Part shown: in pieces, positions 48,354 through 59,900 of the stretch | Numbering within the stretch: position 1 is the stretch's first letter | How the letters are laid out: each line of letters opens with the position of its first letter | Assembly (NCBI GenBank): GCA_943787795.1 | Contig: CALSNU010000005.1 | Coordinates: forward strand, 96,001 to 160,000 | Direction of reading: 5' to 3' | DNA: 64,000 nt | Origin: an uncultured bacterium | GTDB taxonomy: Bacteria > Planctomycetota > UBA1135 > GCA-002686595 | Position numbers and translations under genes: made by a program | Notes under the pieces: model-generated | What the model was told of the DNA's origin: nothing | What the model saw: the letters and a program-made list of their open reading frames with translations, nothing else | Databases searched by the model: none

Positions 48354-48575
48354 GTGGTTGACCTCCGGGTCGAGCCAGATCATACGGAGCCCGAGCGGGG
48401 GCCACGGACACCGGCGCCATCGGCCGAGAAATGCTGGCGGGAGCACAGGGAACCGGTGGACGGAGGGTCTAGACTCTGCCTTCAATCTCTCCACGAGGCC
48501 GCCGACCGGGAGCGCCCTCGTCTCCAGAGCCCTCAGGTGGGGGGCTGTTGGAGCCAACGATCCCGCGACAAGAAG

Positions 48576-50399
48576 ATGACTCAGGTAGATCCGGTTCCTC
48601 AGGTCGAGGGGCCCTTTCCCTTGTCGACGCTCCGACACTCGGTGGCCCACCTCATGGCCTCCGCGGTCCAGAAGCTGATCCCCGGCGCGCAGTTCGGCTT
48701 CGGGCCGTCCATCGAGCACGGCTTCTACTACGACTTCGATCTGCCGGAGCCGTTGACCGACAAGGACCTGCGGAAGATCGAGAAGGAGATGCGGCGCATC
48801 GCCAAGCGGTCGCCCGCGATCGAGAAGGAGACGCTGACCCGCGAGGAGGCGAAGGCGCGCCTCGAGGGCTGGGGCCAGACCTTCAAGCTCGAGGGGCTCG
48901 ACCTCATTCCCGAGGGCGAGGAGATCACCTTCTACTCCCACGGTGACGGCGACGACCGCTGGGGGGACCTCTGCGAAGGCCCCCACGTGGACTCGCTCAA
49001 GGACCACCAGTTCCACTTCAAGCTCCAGCACGTGGCTGGGGCCTACTGGAGGGGGGACGAGAAGAACCCGATGATGCAGCGCATCTACGGGACCGCCTTC
49101 TGGACCAAGGAGGAGCTGACCGGGCACCTCGAGTGGCTCGAGGAGGTCAAGAAGCGAGACCACCGCAAGCTCGGCACGGACCTCGACCTGTTCAGCGTTC
49201 ACGCCGAGGCGGGCGCGGGCTTCGTCTTCTGGCACCCGAACCTCGGCACCGTCCGGCGCGAGCTCGAGCAGTTCTGGTGGGACCTCCACACGCGCGGCGG
49301 CTACAAGGCGGTCTACACGCCGCATGTCTCGCGCGAGAGCCTCTTCGCGGTCTCGGGCCACCTCGAGAACTACGGCGAGATGATGTACGCGCCCATGGAG
49401 CTCGACGCGTTCCCGTATCGGGTCAAGCCGATGAACTGCCCGGGGCACGCGCTGATCTACAAGGATCGCGGCCGCAGCTACCGGGAGCTCCCCCTGCGCT
49501 GGGCCGAGCTCGGCACGGTCTATCGCTACGAGCGCAGCGGCGTCGTGCACGGGATGCTCCGCGTGCGCGGGTTCACCCAGGACGACGCGCACATCTTCTG
49601 CACGCCGGACCAGCTGGCCGAGGAGATCGCCGGGGTGTGCCGGCTCATCGACAAGGTGCTCACCACCTTCGGCTTCGAGTACAAGGCCTACCTGGCGACT
49701 CGCCCCTCCGAGAAGACGATCGGCGACGAGGCTATCTGGGCCCGCGCCACCGCCTCCCTCGAGGAGGCGGCCAAGATCGTGGGCCTCGAGCTCGAGCTGG
49801 ACGAGGGCGGCGGCGCGTTCTACGGGCCGAAGATCGACTACAAGATCAAGGACGCCCTGGGGCGCGAGTGGCAGAACAGCACCATCCAGTGCGACTTCAA
49901 CCTGCCCGAGCGCTTCGACCTGAACTACACCGACTCCGACGGCGGTCTCAAGCGGCCGATCATGGTGCACCGCGCGATCCTCGGCTCGCTCGAGCGCTTC
50001 GTCGGCGGCCTGATCGAGCACTTCGGCGGCAAGTTCCCCTTCTGGATCGCGCCGACCCAGGTGGCGGTGATTCCGATTCGAGAGGAGCACTCGCCCTACG
50101 CTCGCAAGATCGCGGACGCGCTGGAGTCGGAGCTGTTCCGGGTCGACGCCATGCTGGAGGTCGGGCACATGAACAAGAAGATCAAGCAGGCCCAGAAGGA
50201 GCAGGTGCCCTACATGCTGATCGCCGGCGAGCGAGAGGCCGCGGAGGGTACGGTCGCGGTTCGGCGCCGCGGGACCCGCGAGCAGCAGGTCGTGCCCTTC
50301 GACACCTTCGTGGCGATGATCCGCGGCCTGCGCGAGGAGCGCTCGCTGGAGACGCCCGAGGCGGGCGAGCCTGTCGCGGACGGGAGCGCCGCGGAGTGA
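48576..50399 (+). CDS. thrS: Threonine--tRNA ligase (no N-terminal TGS domain)
   Basis: RHSVAH, DLCEGPH, RDHRKLG, KPMNCPGH, RVRGFTQDDAH, HRAILGSLERF. Confidence 0.97.
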   Translation: MTQVDPVPQVEGPFPLSTLRHSVAHLMASAVQKLIPGAQFGFGPSIEHGFYYDFDLPEPLTDKDLRKIEKEMRRIAKRSPAIEKETLTREEAKARLEGWGQTFKLEGLDLIPEGEEITFYSHGDGDDRWGDLCEGPHVDSLKDHQFHFKLQHVAGAYWRGDEKNPMMQRIYGTAFWTKEELTGHLEWLEEVKKRDHRKLGTDLDLFSVHAEAGAGFVFWHPNLGTVRRELEQFWWDLHTRGGYKAVYTPHVSRESLFAVSGHLENYGEMMYAPMELDAFPYRVKPMNCPGHALIYKDRGRSYRELPLRWAELGTVYRYERSGVVHGMLRVRGFTQDDAHIFCTPDQLAEEIAGVCRLIDKVLTTFGFEYKAYLATRPSEKTIGDEAIWARATASLEEAAKIVGLELELDEGGGAFYGPKIDYKIKDALGREWQNSTIQCDFNLPERFDLNYTDSDGGLKRPIMVHRAILGSLERFVGGLIEHFGGKFPFWIAPTQVAVIPIREEHSPYARKIADALESELFRVDAMLEVGHMNKKIKQAQKEQVPYMLIAGEREAAEGTVAVRRRGTREQQVVPFDTFVAMIRGLREERSLETPEAGEPVADGSAAE

Positions 50400-50441
50400 G
50401 CCCGACACATGGGTAGAGAGCTGGCCGTTCCCGGCCGGCTC

Positions 50442-51476
50442 TCAGCCCATCCAGGGCGCCTCGTAGCGCAGCCCGAGGTTGAGGATCTTCTGGATCAGCT
50501 GCGGGTAGCTGTAGCCCAGCTGCTCGAAGCTCTCTGCGAAGTCCTCGCCGAAGCACAGGTCTGGGTTCGGGTTGGCCTCGAGGATCCAGACCTGACCCTC
50601 GCGGTCCATGCGCATGTCGATGCGGCTGTAGCCCGAGAGCCCGACGGCCCGGTGGATGCGGCGGGCCGTGCGGCGGATGCGCTCGGTGGTGGCGTCGTCG
50701 AGGCCCTCGGCGGGTCCCGTGCGCAGGCCGATCTTGCGCTGATACTCGGGGTCCCACTTCACGCGGCTGGTGGCGATGTTGGCGACCCCGGGGGAGAGGT
50801 CGTCCATGAACAGCTCCCAGATGGGGCTGATCTCCACGCGCTTGTTGCCGAGCACGCCGACGGTGAGCTCTCGGCCCTCGATGTACTCCTCGCAGAGCGC
50901 GCCGGTCCCCACGGTCTCGTGGATGTACGTCACCCGGGTCTGGAGCTGGTCGAGGTCGTGGACGATCGACGCCTGGCTGATCCCCGTGGAAGCATGTTCG
51001 CTCCGCGACTTGACGAAGAGCGGCCAGCGGAGGCCCTTGGGGAGCCGCGGTAGGCGCTTGCCGCGGGGCGCGACGAAGAAGCGTGGGGCGCGGATCCGAT
51101 GGTAGGCGAGGACCTTTTTGAAGAGGGCCTTGTCATTGGCAGCGAGCAGGCCGCGGGGATTGCAGCCGGTGTAGAGCTGCTTCATCAGCTCCAGCCACGA
51201 GACCACGGCCGAGTCGTAGATGCCGGCGTCGTGGAAGTGGGTGAGCAGATTGAAGGCCAGGTGCGGCTTGAGGTCCTTGAGCGCTCGGCGGATCGGCGCG
51301 AGCTCATCGACCACCGGAACGTGGATGACCTCGTGGCCGAGGGCCCTGAGGGTGGTGCAGACATCGAGCTCCTGCTTGATGTCGTTGAGCTCCCTCTCGC
51401 TCAGCCCCTCGACCGACGCTGGCGGCGCGAGGTGGGCGTGCATCAGGACGGCGACGCGGAGCTTGCGCTTGGTCAT
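50442..51476 (-). CDS. D-Ala-D-Ala-ligase-like ATP-grasp protein
   Basis: YTG, DKALFK, PLFVK, STGI, EEYIEGRE, YSRIDMR, LEANPNP. Confidence 0.85.
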   Translation of the reverse strand: MTKRKLRVAVLMHAHLAPPASVEGLSERELNDIKQELDVCTTLRALGHEVIHVPVVDELAPIRRALKDLKPHLAFNLLTHFHDAGIYDSAVVSWLELMKQLYTGCNPRGLLAANDKALFKKVLAYHRIRAPRFFVAPRGKRLPRLPKGLRWPLFVKSRSEHASTGISQASIVHDLDQLQTRVTYIHETVGTGALCEEYIEGRELTVGVLGNKRVEISPIWELFMDDLSPGVANIATSRVKWDPEYQRKIGLRTGPAEGLDDATTERIRRTARRIHRAVGLSGYSRIDMRMDREGQVWILEANPNPDLCFGEDFAESFEQLGYSYPQLIQKILNLGLRYEAPWMG

Positions 51477-52483
51477 CGGTGGTACCTGGGGTGACCCCCG
51501 AAGACGAACTGGGAAGAGAGGGAGGTGAGCAGGATCGCCGAATCCAGCAGGGCGTCTTGCTCGCCGCGCGGGAGCCGAAGGCCCTCCTCGCGGGCGCGCA
51601 GGGTCATCTCCCGGACGACGTGGTCCAGGAGGTATCGGTGCTGTCCGGTGGCGGCAGCGACCTGGCGCACGAGGCGCGCGCGGTGCTTGCGGAGGAACGG
51701 CGCCAGGCGCGGCGCGTTGGCCCGGGAGTCCTCCCCGCGGGGGAAGGAGTGGCGCAGCTGGCCGTTGAAGGCCGGGGTCCCCTCGCTGGCGTAGATCCCC
51801 TTCTTCTGGTCGTAGTACTCGCGGAGGGTCATGCGCACCCGCGCGAGCGGCTCCTCACGGCGGCGCGTGGTCCGGCGGGGGCCCGCTCGACCGACGCTGC
51901 CCATGAGCTCGTGCACGAACCTGAGCTTGTCCAGCGCTGCCCAGCCCTCGTAGCGCTTCCGCCAGCGGCTGCCGGGCCGGAGCCAGACGGCAAAGGTCTC
52001 CGCGAAGTCCTCCAGCGGATGGCTCTGGGCGTACCAGTAATCGAGGTGCTGGACGAAGGCGCGGCTGTTGGGGTCCGGGGTATACGAGCTGCGGTAGGGC
52101 TCGCCGGCGCGGCCGAAGACCTCGCGCCACCGGCGCATCCGCCTGAGGCCGTAGGCGTTGTCCAGGGCGTGGGCAGCCTCATGGCGCATGATCTTCATGC
52201 AGCCCTCGCGGGTCGCGCCCTCGACCTCGAGCATCTGCGTCCGCTCGAGCCGCACGAGCCGCGGGTGGGCGAGGTAGAAGGGGATCGCGAACCCCGTCGC
52301 GTCGTCAGGAGTGAACCACTCGGTGGAGAGCCAGGCGTAGGGCCGGAAGGAGATCGACCGCCGCGCGAGCTCCGCGTGGAGCTCCTCGAGCCGCGCCTGC
52401 AGGGGCGAGGTCTCCAGGGTCAGCCCGAGGTCCTTGATCGAAACGTCGAGGAGCTGGTCGTGGGGGAGGCGGGTCCAATCCAT
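51473..52483 (-). CDS. Putative zinc-binding metallopeptidase
   Basis: HEAAH zincin motif and YAQSHPLEDFAETF; ATGA overlap with the ATP-grasp gene; start may be 52549. Confidence 0.8.
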   Translation of the reverse strand: MDWTRLPHDQLLDVSIKDLGLTLETSPLQARLEELHAELARRSISFRPYAWLSTEWFTPDDATGFAIPFYLAHPRLVRLERTQMLEVEGATREGCMKIMRHEAAHALDNAYGLRRMRRWREVFGRAGEPYRSSYTPDPNSRAFVQHLDYWYAQSHPLEDFAETFAVWLRPGSRWRKRYEGWAALDKLRFVHELMGSVGRAGPRRTTRRREEPLARVRMTLREYYDQKKGIYASEGTPAFNGQLRHSFPRGEDSRANAPRLAPFLRKHRARLVRQVAAATGQHRYLLDHVVREMTLRAREEGLRLPRGEQDALLDSAILLTSLSSQFVFGGHPRYHR

Positions 52484-52577
52484 GGGGAAGGGCCCCGCGG
52501 AGCGAGTGCTCCGCGGGGCCCTTGAGCCTAATGCACGGCCACCGGACATCGCCAGCGGCCGGGCGAGGTCAGGCGAC

Positions 52578-54737
52578 CTACTTGAGGTCGAGGACGCCGG
52601 TGCCGTCCCCGCTCGTGAGGGTCTTGGTGTTGGCGAGGTAGTTCGAGCCCATGGTGAGCATCGTCCTCCAGGGGCGGGAGGTGCGATCACCGCAGAGCCC
52701 GAGGGCCACCACGGCGGTCTCGCGGACGGCGACAGAGTACTTGTCCTCCTTGTCCGTCACGATCTCGCAGAGGATCTCGACGCCGCGCTTGTCCCCGATG
52801 TACCCGAGGGCAGACACGGCCGCGATCTGGCGGGCGTCTCCGTCCTCTTCGTCGAGGGACGAGTTCAGGACCTCCAGCAGGGACTCCGCGACGCTCTCGT
52901 CGCCGAGCATGCCGAGGGCGAGCCCCGTGCGCGTCTGGAGCAACGGCTGCTCATCCGCGTCCACCAAGGTCTCCTGCAGCGACTCGATCGCCTCGCGCGC
53001 GCCGACCATGCCGAGGGACATGGCGACGTAGCCGCGGGCGTCCTCGTCACGGACCTTGTCGAGCTTCTTGAGCAGGCGCGGCGCCGCATCCGGCGTCCCG
53101 CGCAGGCCCATGGCGATCGAGTAGGCGCCCAGGTCCGCGACGCGCCTGGCGGAGCGCATGGAGGACAGGATGGCCGTGTCGACGCCCGAGTCCGGCTCGA
53201 CACCCTTGGCGCGGAGCTCGTGGCCCAGCACGCCGAGGGCGATGGCGGCCCAGGCCTTCTCCTTCTTCTTACCGGAGGAGAGCCCGCGGGTCAGGGTGTT
53301 GCGCACGTCGCCGATGCCGGCGTAGGGCTCATCGCCCTGGCCAGCGTGACCGCCGACCTCCGCGAGGGAGATCATGGCGAAGCGACGCTCCATGTCACCG
53401 CCGCCCTTCATCGAGCGACGGAGGGCCCAGCGGATCCACTTGTCCGTGTTGTCGTTGTCCGCGTCCCCGATGAGCCCGAGGGCGAGGGTGGCGCTCTCAC
53501 GCACCTGACGAGGCTGACGGGCAGACTTCTCGAGGGCGCGCACGAGGACCTCGGAGACGCCCTCCTTCATCCGCTCGGTCATCCCATCCGGACGGGCCGC
53601 GACGAGGCGACCGAGGGTGGTCGCCGTGTGGGCACGCAGGATCGGGTCGAACTCCTCGTCCGCCGTGAAGTACCTCATGAGGTACGTCACCTGCGGGCGC
53701 AGGGAGGTGTGGGGGTCGGGGACGACGCAGGTACCGCAGTAGCAGGCCACCACGTCCTCATCGACCTGAAGGGGCACCAGGCCCAGGGAGATCATCGCTG
53801 CCACGCGGGCATCGTTGGCGTCCGAGGCGTCGTTCTCGAGGATGTCGATCAGCGTCCGGACGACCTGGGACCGGACCGCCTGGTCCGTGCTCCTCGAGCC
53901 GATCATGCCGAGCCCGTACGCCGCGTAGGAGCGCATGGACATCGGGACGCGGGCGGTGGGGTGCTCACCCTCTGGGGAGATGAGCTTGCATCCCTCCTTG
54001 GTGTTGAGGGCGATCTCCCGGAGCATGTCGACGCGTGACGCGTTACCCGTCAGGCCGAGCACGAAGGCCGCCGTCGTGTGCATCTCCTCGGTGCCGTTCG
54101 CGAGGAACCAGTTGGTCACCCAGTCGAACTTGCCCTGGTTCTGACCGCCGACTCGCGTCATGGCGATGAGCGCCGACTGGCAGAACTCGTTGGAGCCGCC
54201 CTTCTCGAGGCCCTTGAGGAGGGCGTCGGAGAGGATCCCGTCGATGACGCGGTCCTGGGCGCGACCGCCCACGGTCTCCTGCTCGCGCTGGCCGCTACCG
54301 AGGTAGAAGTCATCGCTGCCCGTGAAGGCGCGGCCCGTCTGGATGTTCGAGAAGCGGAGGAAGCGGTCCTTGTTGAAGGACCACCACAGCTGCCAGTCGC
54401 TGCTGTCCTCGATTCGCCCGTAGCGGTCGATATCGTAGGGGTCCTGGCCAGGCATCACCGGCAGTCCGCCGAGCGGAATCTCCGGGAGGCCCATGGGAGG
54501 GGGAGACTGGGGTCCAGCGACTTGAGGGCCGGCGCCGCCGCCAGCAGGTCCACTCGCGGGGCCAGGTCCGCCGGCGCCTCCGCCAGCGGGACGCGGTGCG
54601 TCAGCAGGTCGAGCGCCCCCACCGGGGGCGCGGGCTCCACCGCCTCATCATTGGAAGGCGAAGGTCCAGTCGGCGCATCCGATGGCGCCTCCAAGGACCA
54701 CGGCCGTGCGTGCGAGCAGGACGTTGAACGAAGTCAT
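52578..54737 (-). CDS. Exported HEAT-repeat protein with two tandem in-frame UGA codons (candidate Sec30-Sec31 selenoprotein), 719 aa
   Basis: ATG 54737 with AGGGAGAG RBS and signal peptide, in frame (81 codons) with ORF 52578..54494 across TGA TGA at 54650-54645; HEAT repeats (AAYGLG, ATLALG, AVVALG); internal CYCGTC. Confidence 0.75.
54603..54644 (-). promoter_or_regulatory. Bacterial SECIS-like stem-loop
   Basis: mRNA after UGAUGA: GGC GGU G GA gccc GCGCCCCC-GGU-GGGGGCGC UC G ACC U GCU, i.e. lower stem, bulge, 8-bp upper stem and GGU apical loop. Confidence 0.65.
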
Positions 54738-55052
54738 GGGGTCTCTCCCTGTGAGGGGGTGGAATCGAGGAGCTAGCGCTTGGCTGCGTCGCGGCGGCGC
54801 ACTCCACGTCTCAAGGATACGAGTCTGAGGGGATCCAATCGAGGCAATGAGTGGATTCGACGCCCCTGCCTTTGGGAAGCGCCACGCGACCAGACTGTTG
54901 CGGGGAAAAAGTGGTTTCTGACCCGTTCCGGGGCGGAAAGGGGGGCGCTGCGGGTCTACCATGCGGCCTGCCGCGGGACGGGCCCTTTCGTCCGCCGCGT
55001 GGCTTGCCCGAAATGCTTCGCTGCGTGGCTCGTTCTGAGCACGCGCGGAGGT

Positions 55053-56776
<1,724 letters not shown>

Positions 56777-56796
56777 CCTCTACGGTGACCCTATGC

Positions 56797-56831
56797 GGGC
56801 CCGCGCCACCTTCTCGGGGGGCGCGGGCCCC
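56797..56831 (+). terminator. Hairpin after thiC
   Basis: GGGCCCGCGCC...GGCGCGGGCCC inverted repeat; weak U tail. Confidence 0.55.
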
Positions 56832-56943
56832 GTCGTTTAGCCAGGGCTAGCGCTGCGATCAGCGCAAGGGGGCTGTGACCGAGGCGGGCTGGCCGATGAG
56901 ATGGTGGTCGACCGTCATCCCCTAGGATGCACGTCGCCCGCCT

Positions 56944-59900
56944 ATGCTCATCCTCCTCAAGAGTCGCTCCTTCGGATCCCTCGTCCTCTCCCAGTTCCTG
57001 GGGGCGTTCAACGACAACGCCTTCAAGCAGCTGATCCTGCTGCTCACGGTGGGGGCCGCGACCACGGGTGCGATCCCGTGGGTCCAGGAGAGCGGCTTCG
57101 CCGTGGACGCCAGCGGCGTCAACCGCCAGGAGCTGCCCGCCACGCTCTTCGCCCTCCCGTTCGTCGTCCTGTGTCTGGTCACGGGCGCACTCGCGGACCG
57201 CTACTCGAAGTCCTCGATCATCAAGGTCGCCAACGTCCTCGAGGTCGTGGTGATGGGGCTCGGCCTGCTGGCGATCTACCTCGAGAGCTACCTCGGGCTG
57301 CTGCTGGTGGTGGGGTGCATGGGGGCCCAGAGCGCGCTCTTCGGACCGTCGAAGTACGGCATCCTCAAGGAGCTGCTGGACGAGCGGGACATGTCGCGCG
57401 CGAACGCGCTTATCCAGACGACCACGACCGTCGCCATCCTCGGGGGCGTCGTCGTGGCCGGCGAGCTGCTCGACCACTTCCCGGACAGGCTCTGGCTCCC
57501 GGGGCTCGCCTACATCGTGATCGCACTCGGCGGGCTCGTGGCCTCCCTCGCGATCCGGCATGAGCCGGCGCGGGTGCCCGATCGAGAGATCCCCTGGAAC
57601 CTGCCCGCGGAGTTCATTCGCCACTGGCGATCGCTCCGTGGCCACCCGACCCTCGCGGTCTCGATCGCGGGCAGCGCCTTCTATTACTTCGTCGCCGCGC
57701 TCCTGGTCCTCGTGGTCAACGAGTACGGCCTCATCGAGCTTGGCCTCTCGAGCGCCGCGACGTCCAGGCTCATGCTGCCCGTCATCATCGGGATCGGAGT
57801 CGGCGCGGTGGTTGGCGGCAAGCTGTCGGGCGACCGCGTCGAGGGAGGGCTGGTCCCCCTGGGCCTCTTCGGGATGACCGGGGCGCTGCTGGCGATTCAG
57901 ATCGCGCCGGCCAACGTGAACTGGGTCCAGGCGTGCCTCGGCTTCCTGGGGCTCTCCTCGGGGGTCTTCTCCCTGCCCATCCGGACCCTCGTTCAGGTGC
58001 TGCCCCCCGAGGAGAACCGAGGCTCGGTGCTCGGCTTCAGCCAGGTGCTGGACTTCACCGGCATCCTCCTCGCCGCTCCGTTCCTGATGCTCCTCAAGGG
58101 GATGTCCCTCTCGCCGCCGGAGATGATGATCGCCATCGCGGTCCTGATCCTGCTGGGCTTCGCCGTCTCCCTGCGCTTCGCCGCTCACTTCACGGTGCGC
58201 CTCGTGGCCTGGATCTTCGCTCACACGGTCTACCGGACGCGCCTGCTCGGCGCTGAGCATTTGCCCAAGTCGGGCGGCGCCCTGCTCGTGGCGAACCACG
58301 TGTCCTTCGTGGACGCGGTGCTCGTCGCCGCGAGCTCCGACCGGCCCGTGCGCTTCCTGATGTACCGCGGCTTCTTCAAGGTGCCCTTGCTCGGGTGGTT
58401 CGCCAGGAAGATGGAGGCCATCCCGGTCAGCAGCCAGGACTCGAAGTCCGAGAAGGTGGCGGCCCTCTCGGCGGCGGCCGATGCGGCGGCGAGGGGAGAG
58501 CTCGTGTGCATCTTCGCGGAGGGGGGGCTGACCCGGTCGGGGCACCTGATGTCCTTCGCTGCCGGCCTCGAGCGCATCGCCCGGGAGGCCCGGGTCCCGA
58601 TCCTGCCGGTCGCGCTCGACCGGCTGTGGGGGAGCATCTTCAGCCACGAGGGCGGGAAGGTGTTCTGGAAGCTCCCGCGCCGCCTGCCCTTCAAGGTGGA
58701 CGTCTCCATCGGCGCGCCGATGAGCCCGGACGCGTCCGCCTTCCAGGTGCGTCAGCGCATCGCCGAGCAGGTGGCAGAGGTCCGCACCGAGCGGCAAGGG
58801 CGGCGCGGCTCCCTCGCCTGGCGCTTCTTGAAGGAGGCGCGCGCGAACGCCGGACGCCCGGCCGTGCTTGACAGCACGGGCGCAGATCTCAACTACCGCA
58901 AGCTGATGGTGGGGGCGCTTTGCATGCGCGAGGTGCTCCGGCCGCACCTCGGAGAGGCGCGCTCGGTGGCGGTGCTCATGCCGCCCGGCGCTGGAGGCGC
59001 CCTCGTCAACCTCGCCCTCGCCCTCGATGGTCGGACCTCGGTCAACCTGAACTACACGATGTCCAACGGGGACCTCGCCGCGATGTGCGAGACGGCGGGC
59101 GCCGAGCACGTCATCACGGCTCGGCGCTTCCTGTCTGGCCTGGATCGGCCCTCTCCCCTCGGAGATGAGCAGACGATCCTGCTCGAGAATATCCGCGGAG
59201 GCATCACGACGGGGATGAAGCTCCGGTACCTGGCGCTGTCCTTCCTCCCGGGCGTTGCCCTGGCGAACATGCTGGCTCCGCGGCGCCGAGGCGGCGTGCC
59301 GGAGTCCGAGGAGGTGGCGACGGTCATCTTCTCCAGCGGCAGCACCGGGGTCCCCAAGGGCGTCATGCTGACCCACTCCAATATCCTCTCCAACGTCCAG
59401 TCGGTCCTCGAGGTCATCGCGCTCGGGCCCGGGGACGGGGTGCTCGGGATCCTGCCGTTCTTCCATAGCTTCGGGTACACGGTCAGCCTCTGGGCGACGT
59501 TCCTCTCCGGCGCGCGGGGCGTGTACCACGTGAACCCGCTGGAGGCGAAGGTCGTGGGGGAGCTCTCGCAGAAGGGCGGCGTCACTATCACGATCGCGAC
59601 GCCGACCTTCTATCAGTCCTACCTCCGTCGCTGCACCAAGGAGCAGTTCGCGGGGATCCGTGTCGCCCTCTCGGGCGCGCAAAAGCTGAACCAGGGGCTC
59701 GCAGACGCGTGGAAGGAGAAGTTCGGCTCGGAGCTCATGGAGGGCTACGGCTGTACGGAGGCGGCGCCTGTGGTCTCGGCGAACCTCCCCGGGGGCGCCG
59801 ACCGGCCCCCGCGCCAGCGAGGTCACCGTCAGGGGTCGATCGGACGACCGCTTCCTGGCGTCGCCGTGAAGATCGTGGACCCTGACGTCTACCCCGCCGA

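Noticed and set aside
48354..50408. N-terminal 685 aa of the 895-aa ORF, suggesting a DJ-1 fusion
   Set aside because: Antisense to thrS; only the last 210 aa are a real DJ-1/PfpI protein.
50442..51476. Calling the ATP-grasp gene ddl
   Set aside because: Lacks the canonical GGxSxEHxVS and LHG N-terminal motifs and is coupled to a peptidase; left unnamed.
54645..54650. Genome-wide UGA reassignment (Trp/Gly) as explanation for the tandem UGA
   Set aside because: Many genes here end in TGA at the expected C-terminus (thiC, der, mraY, rsmH) with ATGA overlaps, so UGA is a normal stop.
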